Positions 27,226 to 41,044 of a DNA stretch of 64,000 nt are shown here, in pieces (position 1 is the first letter of the stretch; every line of letters starts with the position of its first letter). Origin of the DNA: Macrostomum lignano (lineage: Eukaryota); the NCBI GenBank assembly GCA_002269645.1, contig NIVC01000516.1, forward strand, positions 124,001-188,000, in the 5' to 3' direction. Below the pieces are notes generated by a model. The model was not told the origin of the DNA, did not search any database, and was given only the letters and a program-made list of their open reading frames with translations. Position numbers and translations under genes: made by a program.

Positions 27226-28009
27226 GCCCTGGCTCTGAGTGTATCAGTTTTAAAGTTTAAAAGTTCCAGTTTCGAAAGGCCTGACTCGATGTTATATGGA
27301 GTGAATTCTCCTAATTAACTTGCCCGCGTTATTATTCAATTAGCAATTAGCAATTCAGATCTTTTTTAGATATATTTATATAATATAATATCTGCCCCGC
27401 TGACACGCAATGAGAGGACAGACCGGACCCGCGTTTTGAGAAGACTTCTCTTAAACTAGATTATCGCTCTGCCTGGGTCATTCCCAGTCGGGCTGAGATG
27501 ACGCAACTTTGCAACCCAGATGGCAGATGGAGAGCCGCCATTTATCTGATATGGCCTGAGGGGAGGGCTCAGACCACTGAGACTGGTAGCACACTGATTT
27601 ATTGCTGCTAGTGAATCTGGGCTCTCAGTCTTATTTCTATGGCTATAACAGGGAAACAGGGTATCAGGGAAAGCGGGGTTAAGGGGGCCTAACCTAGCCA
27701 ATTTAAAAACGTTAGGACAATTTTAAAAAATGATTTGATGTCTATGGTCTATAGTAGAATTTCTATACAATATTCTGCAGATTCAGACATGCGGTGAATG
27801 TTTCAGACAATTCTCTCTATGTAGCCAAGTGAGCAGTTAGAAGCAGCGTTTTATTATTGTCTTTGGGCGAGTGAAATAAACCGTTTATTTGCACCGATGC
27901 AAATAAATGAAATTTACACTGAGACCATAGACGTTCGCCCGGGGCGATTGGGGGATTCATTGATACGCAAACTGAGGGAAAGTCCAGTACATGACGTGAA
28001 TTATAAAAC

Positions 28010-29645
28010 TAGGGATGCTTGCTATCTGGGGGATGCTTGCTATCTGGGGGATGCTTGCTATCTGGGGGATGCTTGCTATCTGGGGGATGCTTGCTATCCG
28101 GGGGATGCTTGCTCGGGGAATGCTTGCTCGGGGGATGCTTGCTATTCGGGGGATGCTTGCCATCTGGGGGATGCTTGCTATCTGGGGGATGCTTGCTATC
28201 CGGGGGATGCTTGCTCGGGGAATGCTTGCTCGGGGGATGCTTGCTATTCGGGGGATGCTTGCCATCTGGGGGATGCTTGCTATTCGGGGGATGCTTGCCA
28301 TCTGGGGGATGCTTGCTATTCGGGGGATGCTTGCTATCCGGGGGATGCTTGCTCGGGGAATGCTTGCTCGGGGGATGCTTGCTATTCGGGGGATGCTTGC
28401 TATCTGGGGGATGCTTGCTATTCGGGGGATGCTTGCTATCTGGGGGATGCTTGCCATCTGGGGGATGCTTGCTATCCGGGGGATGCTTGCTATCTGGGGG
28501 ATGCTTGCTATTCGGGGGATGCTTGCCATCTGGGGGATGCTTGCCATCTGGGGGATGCTTGCTATCTGGGGGATGCTTGCAGGGGGATGCTTGCCATCTG
28601 GGGGATGCTTGCTATCCGGGGGATGCTTGCTATCTGGGGGATGCTTGCAGGGGGATGCTTGCTATCTGGGGGATGCTTGCTATTCGGGGGATGCTTGCTA
28701 TTCGGGGATGCTTGCCATCTGGGGGATGCTTGCTATCCGGGGGATGCTTGCTATCTGGGGGATGCTTGCAGGGGGATGCTTGCTATCTGGGGGATGCTTG
28801 CTATTCGGGGGATGCTTGCTATTCGGGGATGCTTGCCATCTGGGGGATGCTTGCTATCTGGGGGATGCTTGCTATCTGGGGGATGCTTGCTATTCGGGGG
28901 ATGCTTGCTATTCGGGGATGCTTGCCATCTGGGGGATGCTTGCTATCTGGGGATGCTTGCAGGGGGATGCTTGCCATCTGGGGGATGCTTGCTATCCGGG
29001 GGATGCTTGCTATCTGGGGGATGCTTGCTCGGGGGATGCTTGCCATCTGGGGGATGCTTGCTATCCGGGGGATGCTTGCTATCTGGGGGATGCTTGCTAT
29101 TCGGGGGATGCTTGCCATCTGGGGGATGCTTGCCATCTGGGGGATGCTTGCAGGGGGATGCTTGCTATCTGGGGGATGCTTGCTCGGGGGATGCTTGCCA
29201 TCTGGGGGATGCTTGCTATCCGGGGGATGCTTGCTATCTGGGGGATGCTTGCAGGGGGATGCTTGCTATCTGGGGGATGCTTGCTATTCGGGGGATGCTT
29301 GCTATTCGGGGGATGCTTGCCATCTGGGGATGCTTGCTATCCGGGGGATGCTTGCTATCTGGGGGATGCTTGCAGGGGGATGCTTGCTATCTGGGGGATG
29401 CTTGCTATTCGGGGGATGCTTGCTATTCGGGGGATGCTTGCCATCTGGGGGATGCTTGCTATCTGGGGGATGCTTGCAGGGGGATGCTTGCTATCTGGGG
29501 GATGCTTGCTCGGGGGATGCTTGCAGGGGGATGCTTGCTATCTGGGGGATGCTTGCAGGGGGATGCTTGCTATCTGGGGGATGCTTGCTCGGGGGATGCT
29601 TGCCATCTGGGGGATGCTTGCTCGGGGGATGCTTGCTCGGGAGAT
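28010..29645. repeat. 14-18-bp minisatellite GGGGGATGCTTGCTATCT
   Basis: Direct. Confidence 0.97.
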
Positions 29646-30471
29646 TGCTACTTAGCATCTCAAGATGTCAAGGCTTGCTGGGGAGGGGGCCGTTGTACAC
29701 CCTGTGTGAGCGTGTTTATGAGTGCGTGCCTGTGCACAGTATTGGCACTTCTATGTGCTTAAAGAATAGTGTCTTTTTCCAATATTGACATGATTTAGTT
29801 TCCAAGCTAAACAGGGTTTGCTTTTCATAAATGCTTTAGCTGTCAACGGTAAAAACTCACTTCAACTGACCGGGGAAGTTTTTGTTCGTAGGGCGAGAAA
29901 AGTAGCAATATTTTTCTTTGAGTAGAAAGCCAAGAAGACACTTCAATTCAATATGGCCCAAAAATCTGCACATGCACACACAGTGTTCGTAAGCCCAGAG
30001 AAGCATAGCAATGCCAAAATCTTATACTTACTAAAATAGTCTCAAATATATAAGATTTTTCTATACTTTGACAGAGAAACTTCTTCCAGACACTTCTTGA
30101 TTGCGGAGAGGGGCTGCGTGCAGGCAGGGGTGGCGGGTGTGGGGGGAGCACTGCTCTAAAGTGGCCATGGGGTCTGCTTAAAGCGAGTTGAGTCAGAAGC
30201 AACAGAGCTCCCAGTATAGCAACTCCGTTAATCCTCGTGGGAAAATAACTGAGGCAGAGGGGAGGAGCTGAGAGGCTAAGAGAGGGAAGCGCCGCGAATC
30301 AACGGCGCACACACTGGCTGTATGAGCTTTGCACATGTTCAAATTTGCTGTAGCTAACTATAGTGTATAAATATCAATGCTCTGCAATGAAACACAGGGA
30401 GGGGCAGGTGGGGGCATGGCCCTCACAAATCAGATAGTAAAAGTACATGGCGCTGTTTAGAGTATAGTTTT

Positions 30472-30702
30472 TTAGCACCCCTGGTGCTAGCGCCCCTGGT
30501 GCCGGCGCCCCTGGTGCTGGCGCCCCTGGTGCTGGCGCCCCTGGTGCTGGCGCCCCTGGTGCTAGCGCCCCTGGTGCTAGCGCCCCTGGTGCTGGCGCCC
30601 CTGGTGCTAGCGCCCCTGGTGCTGGCGCCCCTGGTGCTGGCGCCCCTGGTGCTGGCGCCCCTGGTGCTGGCGCCCCTGGTGCTGGCGCCCCTTGGTGCTG
30701 GC
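30472..30702. repeat. 15-bp minisatellite CCCCTGGTGCT(G/A)GCG, same family as 1..1172
   Basis: Direct; the left boundary is an inverted copy of the unit (TTTTTTAGCACC). Confidence 0.96.
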
Positions 30703-31854
30703 AATCGCATTTCCTACATAGCAGAGTGAGTTAACTGAGGTCATTTCTTGGCCTGCAAGATTTAAAGAGTTGGCGAATGGAAACAAGGATGGCACATAAT
30801 ATGCTGGATGAGGATAGGAGGCTGGCTCTGACCCCTCCCCCCAATAAATATTTAATGGCTTCTGTAAGCAGCAACGCTGACCTGCTTGTCCACTGCTTTC
30901 TCACGCTTGCGCCGTCCCGTCTGAGTGTGTGGAGCCCCCCGGCCCAGTAATGTGACGCGATGAAGACAGGAAGAGCCTGGGAGGGGAGAGTGTCTGACTC
31001 AGTGATGAAAAAAATGCATATATTGTCTGAGTTGCCCGCTATGCATTGCTGCTGCAGGCCATGGAATTGAATTGAAAATTGCAGCCTCATCAACTCCCCA
31101 GCTTACTATTCAGATACCAGATGCTAGATAGATGGAGAGACAGACGGGGGAAGTGAAAGTTAGGGGAGCAGCCAGTGAGGAACAATGAGTATTCTGCTGT
31201 GCCTACAGCTAAAATTATGCTTGACAATAGGCGTAAAAGTTTCATTCTATGAAACTCCACCATGAGTAGTAGATCATCAACTCATATTTATGTTGTTTAT
31301 GGACAACCGTCGTTTCCGTTATGGACCTCTGGAGCCGTTCTTGGACTGGAGGAGTACCCAAGCTCGATTTGGGGCTTTTGCGCAAAAAAATCAGAAAGTT
31401 ATCGGGCGATTCACATGCCGCCGTATTTATCTTTATAATATTATGTTTAATATACGAATGAGTATTACTAAACAGTTTAGTGTTAAGAAGATTAATTCTC
31501 ATTTTTTAGCATTTGTCAACACTGACTTTTGCGGCTCGGTGCATGTACGTTACAAATGAAAAATGTTATATTTTTGAGTGAATTTTGCGCAGCAGAGCCT
31601 TAGCTGTATGTAAGAATGAGTGTTGCCGCTTATGCAGAAATTCCCAGGGTCCTGCAGTGAGGTCTGTCTGTTCGAATCAAATATTTTAATAATGCATACA
31701 CACTACTATTAATTAATTATTTCTGTCACTTTCTCTTCTGCGCAGCCGCCACTGAGAAAGAATTTAAAGGAAAACTAGACGACTTTCTGCAACAAAACTT
31801 TTTCACTCGGATGAATAGGCAGTGCAAGCTAGATAGTAAATCAGATTGGTTAGG

Positions 31855-32890
31855 AACTTCATTTAGTCTTTAGTAGTCTTTGTTAGAGTCCATGGTAGAG
31901 TCTTCGTTAGAGTCTTAGTAGCGTCTTTGTTAGAGTAATTGGCAGAGACTTTGGTAGTCTTCGGCAGGGTCTTTGGTAGAGTCTTTGGTAGAGTCTTAGT
32001 ACAGTCCTAGTAGAGTCTGGTATTCTGATATATATATAGCGACGCAGAGAGTAGCACAGACAAAAAGAGATCTAGCTAGACTTTCCACGGACGCGTTCGC
32101 AGAACAACCGAGAGGGGCAAGTCATGGCGGTCTGGGGGCTGAGCCCGATGGCCTGCAAGTCAGTCAGAAACGTATTATTTAGCGTCACAGTTCGGCCTTG
32201 GCCACGGCGCAGGCGCTCAGTGGGCTGATGCAGGAGAGCCAGCGCCAGAGGATTTTGCTCGCCGCGGCCGTTGGCTTCTTAGGCAGTGGCCAAGTAATAT
32301 CTGACGGCGTTTACGGATAGTGCAGCTGAGCGCGTGAACACCAGCGCGAGTCATCAGGTCCCTGGTCGGCACAGTATCAGGGTAGTGCACGCCCAGGGCA
32401 TAGCGGAGCAGCGACCTGTAGTGAGCATCCAGGGCTTGCTGTCGCGTCGCAGTCATTGGCACAGCCTCCATGCCATATAGGAGAATCGGCTCAACGGCAG
32501 TGCGGAAAAGGCGCATCTTTAGGTCGTCGCGAGCGGTTGAATTGAAGACGCTCCTGGGCATGCGTGCCGCACGCCAGGCCTGAGTCCTCCGGTCAGAGAC
32601 AATGGTGTCGGGGCTCAAGACAAGCGGGCCGAGGTAGCGGAAGTCCTCGCACACCTAGACGACTTCTCCATTTGGAAGAGCTAGCGCATGGGTAGTTGCA
32701 GTGCCCACGTGGAGCACCTCTGTCTTGGATGCGTTGATCACCAAGCCAACTCGGGTGCCCTCTTCGTAGAGTCTAGAAAGTCTGGTAGAGTTTTGTTAGA
32801 GTCTTAGTAGAGTCTGGTAAAGTCTTCGGTAGAGTCTTAGTACAGTCCTAGTAGAGTCTGATTAAGTATTTGGTAGAGTCTTAGTAGACA
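31855..32890. repeat. Degenerate GTAGAGTCTT satellite interrupted by a LINE fragment
   Basis: The same motif lies at 31855..32020 and 32765..32890, on both sides of the RT fragment. Confidence 0.85.
32022..32770 (-). mobile_element. 5'-truncated non-LTR retrotransposon (RTE-like), RT C-terminal part, inactive
   Basis: Translates as EEGTRVGLVINASKTEVL..*VCEDFRYLG..KMRLFRTAVEPILLYGMEA..RKRRQILLGHCLR, then after a frameshift ..RLRRGQGR..TFLTDL..KSS* (stop 32072-74). Short (TA)n tail near 32029-38. One in-frame stop and one frameshift. Confidence 0.88.
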
Positions 32891-33611
32891 GCAAACTCTT
32901 CTCTCCTAGAAGAGCTTTCAAGAAAGAAAACATTCCAGCCTCAATCCGAATTAAGATTAGCGGCGAGTGAGCATCGAGTCGGGTGCAAAATCAAATTGGC
33001 AAACTGAACGCTCATAACTCACCCATCCGAGCTCTTCGTCATCGCTTCTATCCAGCTTCCCCCTATCTTTCTCTCTTACAGCCAACAGACACACCGCGCG
33101 CCTCATCGCCCCGGCTCCCCATTCACTTTCCCTCTCTCCATCTACTTCTATCTGGTCTATCTGTCTTCCATCTCAACGCGAAATCCGCCACTGCAAGAGA
33201 GAAGAGCGAGAGAGAGGCGGGCAAGAGGCCTCCCGAGCCAGCTTGCTTCGAAGTGAAGCGGCTTGATCTGCAATCAGCTTTAAGGCCTTGGCGAAATTTA
33301 ATTTCCTTCTTTTTTGCCGAACCGCCCCAACCCTCTGCCACCCCCTCTCAGCCCTCCGCTCCTCTGGCGCCGATTTTGTGGCTTGCAGAATTATAATAAA
33401 AAAGTGGATATTATTTATCCACTGATGCGAGAACGGTTGACTGGGGCAAATTGCGGAGATAGGATAGCCTGACTGCAGACTGGTTGCTCAACCGTGTCCG
33501 CCTGGCGCTCACTTTTTTAACTGGAAATCCGATAGAGTAGGGAGGGCGATCGGTATGCTAGCGACTATAAAAAGCAATGCTAAGTTGATTAGTTTGGGAG
33601 CCAAACCGTAA

Positions 33612-34330
<719 letters not shown>

Positions 34331-34994
34331 GTAGAAAAACAGGTAGACAGGTAAGATGCACAAGTCACCGCAGACGCATAATTATGAGAGCCTGTATGCT
34401 TTTAAACCGAATGCATTTATTTCTGCGGTTCTGTCGACGCTCCACAAGAAATGGGCAGCCAAGAGGCACAAATGAGAGAAACACTTAAAGCAGAAGACAC
34501 AGGCGCAGCCAGGTGGCCAGCAGCAGTAAATCACGCTTCAGCTGCCGGGCTTAGGTAAAAAAAGAAGAGAGTCGAAGCAGGACAAAGCATTTTGCCTAGC
34601 AAGAAACTGCAACAACAAAAGCAGCAACAGAAGGAAATGGAATCTGCCATAATGGCAAAAGCGAAGCCATTTTACACCGGAGCGCCGCCGCAGGCCAAAT
34701 GACTTTCAAGAGCTTGGCATGGCGGCCCCTCCATCTGCCCCCTCCCCCCTGGAATTGCATTGTGCTCCGAACCCATTTATCATAATAATAATAATAATAA
34801 TAATTTTTTATCTTTCCCCGGGCAAAAGCGGCTCCGTTTGTGGCATGCCGCCAGTCATTTCACTGTTGCTTCCAGAGCAACTCAAGCTCTCAATGCTTGC
34901 CTGGAAGAATGGCTGAGCTGGCTTGCTGAGGCCTCTGAGTAAAATTCTAGCTGTTGTGCATTCCCGTCTCCGCCATTCGCAACCTGTTTTACTG

Positions 34995-36590
34995 TCTTCC
35001 TGCCTGTCTCTGCCCTGTCTTCCTGCCTGTCTCTGTCATGTCTTCCTGCCTGTCTCTGCCCTGTCTTCCTGCCTGTCTCTGCCCTGTCTTCCTACCTGTC
35101 TCTTCCATGTCTTTCTGCCTGTCTCTGCCATGTCTTCCTGCCTGTCTCTGCCCTGTCTTCCTGCCTGTCTCTGCCCTGTCTTCCTGCCTGTCTCTGTCAT
35201 GTCTTCCTGCCTGTCTCTGCCCTGTCTTCCTACCTGTCTCTTCCATGTCTTTCTGCCTGTCTCTGCCATGTCTTCCTGCCTGTCTCTGCCCTGTCTTCCT
35301 GCCTGTCTCTGCCCTGTCTTCCTGCCTGTCTCTGTCATGTCTTCCTGCCTGTCTCTGCCCTGTCTTCCTACCTGTCTCTTCCATGTCTTTCTGCCTGTCT
35401 CTGCCATGTCTTCCTGCCTGTCTCTGCCCTGTCTTTCTGCCTGTCTCTGCCATGTCTTCCTGCCTGTCTCTGCCATGTCTTCCTGTCTGTCTCTGCCCTG
35501 TCTTTCTGCCTGTCTCTGCCGTCTTTCTGCCTGTCTCTGCCCTGTCTTTCTGCCTGTCTCTGCCGTCTTTCTGCCTGTCTCTGCCGTCTTTCTGCCTGTC
35601 TCTGCCCTGTCTTTCTGCCTGTCTCTGCCGTCTTTCTGCCTGTCTCTGCCCTGTCTTCCTGCCTGTCTCTGCCATGTCTTCCTGCCTGTCTCTGCCATGT
35701 CTTCCTGCCTGTCTCTGCCATGTCTTCCTACCTGTCTCTGCCATGTCTTCCTACTTGTCTCTCCCTTGTCTTCCTACCTGTCTCTGCCATGTCTTCCTGC
35801 CTGTCTCTGCCATGTCTTCCTGCCTGTCTCTGCCATGTCTTCCTGCCTGTCTCTGCCATGTCTTCCTGCCTGTCTCTGCCCTGTCTTTCAGCCTGTCTCT
35901 GCCATGTCTTCCTGCCTGTCTCTGCCATGTCTTCCTGCCTGTCTCTGCCATGTCTTCCTGCCTGTCTCTGCCATGTCTTCCTGCCTGTCTCTGCCATGTC
36001 TTCCTGCCTGTCTCTGCCCTGTCTTTCAGCCTGTCTCTGCCATGTCTTCCTGCCTGTCTCTGCCATGTCTTCCTGTCTGTCTCTGCCCTGTCTTTCTGCC
36101 TGTCTCTGCCGTCTTTCTGCCTGTCTCTGCCCTGTCTTTCTGCCTGTCTCTGCCGTCTTTCTGCCTGTCTCTGCCGTCTTTCTGCCTGTCTCTGCCCTGT
36201 CTTTCTGCCTGTCTCTGCCGTCTTTCTGCCTGTCTCTGCCCTGTCTTCCTGCCTGTCTCTGCCATGTCTTCCTGCCTGTCTCTGCCATGTCTTCCTGCCT
36301 GTCTCTGCCATGTCTTCCTACCTGTCTCTGCCATGTCTTCCTACTTGTCTCTCCCTTGTCTTCCTACCTGTCTCTGCCATGTCTTCCTGCCTGTCTCTGC
36401 CATGTCTTCCTACCTGTCTCTGCCATGTCTTCCTGTCTGTCTTTCTGCCTGTCTCTGCCCTGTCTTCCTACCTGTCTCTGCCCTGTCTTCCTGTCTGTCT
36501 CTGCCCTGTCTTCCTACCTGTCTTCCTACCTGTCTTCTCCCCTGTATTTCTACCTGTCTCTTTCCTGTTTCCACCTGTCTTTGTCTTCTC
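34995..36590. repeat. 23-bp minisatellite CTGCCTGTCTCTGCCATGTCTTC (plus shorter variants)
   Basis: Direct. Confidence 0.97.
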
Positions 36591-37279
36591 CACAGACGCG
36601 CGTGCCCTTCCTTTTCTAATTGTTGCTTTGGGCCTTCCGAGGTGTCTGCGATCCACTATACAGACTTCCATCTGGCTCGTAGCCCTCTTCCTTTCATAAT
36701 TTATCCTCTCCCCAGATCTCAACTTTAACGGCCTCCCATGCACTTCCTCTATCACTTCTAACATTCCCTAAACCTGGCTAAATCCAGTATCTCGTCTCCA
36801 AAAGTTATCCACTTCCCAATGTGTATTGAATAATTAATCATTTAGCTGACAGACAGTGGCGGCGGCATATTCTATTACTATGGGAACTGAACTTCCTTGA
36901 CGCGCGGGGCAGCAACGCTTTTGGGAATTGACACTGCTGCAGCCGGCTGATCGGGCATGATTTATTACTGACTGGAGGCAGGAATAAAGAGAAACAAGTC
37001 GCTTTGTGCAGAGGCGACAGCAGCATCGACTGGGTCATTGTTGTGCGGTTACAGCCTTCCAGGGCATTCAATAAGTTTACCAGCAAACAAAGAACAGCTC
37101 CCGTTCCTCTTATAGGACCAATTTTCAGTCTCAACGATAAGAGATGATTTGAGAGGAACTGCAGCTTTATGAACAAAGGCATGAGTGTATAATCCCAACA
37201 CAATATGAAAAGGATCGAAACAAAGATTGTGCATTCCTTCCCCCACAGTCAATGTTCATATTGTAGCATAATTCTGCAG

Positions 37280-37825
37280 ATCAGTCAAAGATTTTAGCGC
37301 CTATTTAGCGCCACAGTCAAAGATTTTAGCGCCAATTTAGCGCCACAGTCAAAGATTTTAGCGCCAATTTAGCGCCACAGCTAAATTTTTTTAGCGCCAA
37401 TTCAGCGCCACAGTAAAAGATTTTAGCGCCAATTCAGCAGATCAGTCAAAGATTTTAGCGCCAATTCAGCGCCACAGTAAAAGATTTTAGCGCCAATTCA
37501 GCAGATCAGTCAAAGATTTTAGCGCCAATTCAGCAGATCAGTCAAAGATTTTAGCGCCAATTTAGCACCACAGTCAAAGATTTTAGCGCCAATTCAGCGC
37601 CACAGTAAAAGATTTTAGCGCCAATTCTGCAGAACAGTCAAAGATTTTAGCGCCAATTTAGCACCACAGTCAAAGATTTTAGTGCCTATTTAGCAGAACA
37701 GTCAAAGATTTTAGCGCCGATTCAGCGCCACAGTCAAAGATTTTAGCGCCAATTTAGCGCCACAGTCAAAGATTTTAGCGCCGATTCAGCGCCACAGTCA
37801 AATATTTTAGCGCCAATTTAGCTTT
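37280..37825. repeat. 32-bp minisatellite GTCAAAGATTTTAGCGCCAATTCAGCGCCACA
   Basis: Direct; internal AGCGCCA duplication. Confidence 0.95.
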
Positions 37826-38727
37826 AATTGTAAAATTACTACAGAATGAAGCTGAGATATTAAAAAACTGAAGTATTTTCAGTGGAATGGAATTAGTTTT
37901 TTATCACTGAAAACATTCTGGTTTTCCTCGGTCAGTGGAGACGACCGCGGGAACAAAGAGCGGCAAGAGTGGGGGGGGAGGGCAGTTGCTGCTTTCAGGA
38001 GCTGACGGGCTTTCAATGGTTATTTAAGAAGCGGAGAATATTTTAAACGGCATGACAGCTTCCTCTCTTTTAAATATAGCGGAGTTCCGGCACATTAGTT
38101 GTGGCCTTTTGTATCAGCATAGGGCCAAGGCTAAGGGCTTAGGCAGGGTGACGGCAGCTGACTCACACCCTGCTGTATAACCCCTTTACCCACAATCGCC
38201 GCTTCTCTTCTTTGTCTTCTTATAGCAATACCGACGCAACCCGCAGTTAGTCAAAACACAACTGCTATACGTATTATATATACTCAGGACAGGATATTCC
38301 CCACTTCAAGCAAATTTTGCAACACAACCAAATAATCCCTAATGGGCGCGGGAGGGGATCTTAAGCAATAAAAAAGCGCGACTTTTCTTTCCTCGCTCAG
38401 ACTTTATTTATTTTCACAAGTCGCAACGCCAAGTACAGTGCAGAAGCAGAACGCAGCTGTTTTTGCTTCTGGCGGCTTTCCCCCTAGCTAGAGAAAGAAG
38501 GGAAAGAATAATATAGCAAATTTGGGGGGGGGAGTCTACTCAACCATAAACTCGCATGGCTTTTATTGATTTTTCTTCTTTAATGTGATTTGTGAGCCAG
38601 GCTCGCCGTTGTGTTAACTCTGGCATACAACTCTTCGTGCTCCGTATGCATATGCAAACCATAGGGGGGAGGCACACTGGTATTAATGAACCCTACTCTC
38701 ATGTCACTACTGTTAACAATCGGTCGA

Positions 38728-39072
38728 CTACCGATATGTAGCGAAGGAGACTTCTCTCAAACTAATCCATCAAATTGTCGGCGATCATCAATTTACATCA
38801 GACTGTATTGACTACCGATATGTAGCGAAGGAGACTTCTCTCTCAAACTAATCCATCAAATTGTCGACGAACATAAAGTTATATTAGATTGCAATGGCTA
38901 CCGATATGTAGCGAAGGAGACTTCTCTTAAACTAATCCATTAAATTATTAAATTATATTAGATTGCAATGGCTACCGATATGTAGCGAAGGAGACTTCTC
39001 ATAAACTAATCCATTAAATTGTCGACGAGCACCGAGTTATATTAGATTGCAATGGCTACCGATATGTAGCGA
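38728..39072. repeat. 74-86-bp tandem repeat, 4 full copies plus a partial one
   Basis: Conserved head CTACCGATATGTAGCGAAGGAGACTTCTC at about 38728, 38811, 38897 and 38971; only its first part at 39056. Confidence 0.93.
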
Positions 39073-39410
39073 TGTAAATCTAATAAAATTCCAGAATCTA
39101 ACGAAAACTTGTCCATCAACTGAGCCATTGAAACACAGAGAATAAAAAATCCCTACTGAGGTCATTCTGATATCTGCGAGAAAATCGAAATTGGATTTCC
39201 AACAATCCTAGATCCTATATAAGCCTGTCTAAAACTTATCTGTGCATCGAATTCATTTAAAACTCGCACAGATCTACGCAAGCAGATCAATCAAACCAAA
39301 TAAAGGAACCGCAAGTTTATAGATAGGAAATTCACTATTAAATATATTTAGGGCTCCGTGCAAAAATGTTCCTCTACGTAGCTAAGCGGACCCCGACTCT
39401 TCATTTCAGG

Positions 39411-40320
39411 GGTGAATCACTACAGTCATTTGTGAATCACTACAGTCACTTGTGAATCACTGCAGTCATTTGTGAATCACTACAGTCACTTGTGAATCAC
39501 TGCAGTCATTTGTGAATCACTGCAGTCGCTAGTGAATCACTGTAGTCATTTGTGAATCACTGCAGTCACTTGTGAATCACTACAGTCACTTGTGAATCAC
39601 TGCAGTCGCTAGTGAATCACTGCAGTCACTTGTGAATCACTGCAATCACTTGTGAATCATTACAGTCGCTTGTGAATCACTGCAGTCACTTGTGAATCAT
39701 TACAGTCGCTTGTGAATCACTGCAGTCACTTGTGAATCACTGCAATCACTTGTAAATCATTATAGTCACTTGTGAATCACTGAAGTCACTTGTGAATCAT
39801 TGCAATCACTTGTGACTCATTACAGTCGCTTATGAATCACTGCAGTCACTTGTGAATCATTGCAATCACTTGTGACTCATTACAGTCACTTGTGAATCAC
39901 TGCAGACACTTGTGAATCACTGCAGACACTTGTGAATCACTGAAGTCACTTGTGAATCATTGCAATCACTTGTGACTCATTACAGTCGCTTATGAATCAC
40001 TGCAGTCACTTGTGAATCATTGCAATCACTTGTGAATCATTATAGTCACTTGTGAATCACTGAAGTCACTTGTGAATCATTGCAATCACTTGTGACTCAT
40101 TACAGTCGCTTATGAATCACTGCAGTCACTTGTGAATCACTGCAGTCGCTAGTGAATCACTGCAGACACTAGTGAATCACTGCAGTCACTTGTGAATCAC
40201 TGCAGTCGCTAGTGAATCACTACAGTCACTTGTGAATCACTGCAGTCGCTAGTGAATCACTGCAGTCACTTGTGAATCATTGTAGTTACTTGTGAATCAC
40301 TGCAGACACTTGTGAATCCC
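39411..40320. repeat. 20-bp minisatellite TGTGAATCACTGCAGTCACT
   Basis: Direct. Confidence 0.97.
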
Positions 40321-41044
40321 GATTTAGTAGTGAATCGCCAGCAAAGTCACCCGTGAATCAGCCCCATTCCTTTACAACTATCTAGGTAACTTGTAGGAAT
40401 GTAAGAATAAAAAAAATCGCTTTACTTATCTTACCTACGCTACTTATATCAGAGCCAATAGCATTTGGCCATACTAATGGTTAATAACTCGGAGAAAAAA
40501 TCAATCAATCAAAAGTCCAAAAATTCTCAAAGTAGAAATTAATAATAATTAAATGAGCAATATAATTATTATTGGAAATTCAGACAGTTCACAATTACTT
40601 CCGTTCAGGAATATATATAAAAAACAAAATCAAAATGAGAATACATGGCGTTATTGTGAAATTTATACATGTGCACTAATAACATTGTACTTTTCTTCCA
40701 GGGCTCAATGTTGCGCGGGTAAAAAAATAGAAAAACAGATAGATTTATTACTATCAAATAATAAAACACTTAACCTCAAATAGTCAGGAGTATTGCGTGC
40801 GGATCTCAAAACTTTTTTTACCGGATTCGAAATAAATAATAACATTAGTTACTTACTACTATACTTTTATTAGACAAAACTATTGTCACGTGACCAGCGA
40901 CTCTGCGTTTGGTGCGGATTCGTCGCTTAATATGATGAATAATTCATAATGATATCAAGGCAAAATGTGTTCGAAATGTTAGTTGTTATGCTACAGTTGT
41001 AAAAAATCGCATATGGTCAATTATCCGCCACTTCTGGATCATGT

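Noticed and set aside
23726-29788. Long R/E/G-, S/P/L- and GDAC-rich ORFs
   Set aside because: All coincide with tandem arrays that lack stop codons by composition.
34600-34702. Possible terminal exon KKLQQQKQQQKEMESAIMAKAKPFYTGAPPQAK*
   Set aside because: Short, low-complexity, and no matching upstream exon found.
34923-36728. ~600-aa Cys/Leu-rich ORFs
   Set aside because: Read-through of the 23-bp minisatellite.
38728-39072. CRISPR-like repeat/spacer appearance
   Set aside because: The 'spacers' are related to one another and vary widely in length; no cas genes; eukaryotic context.
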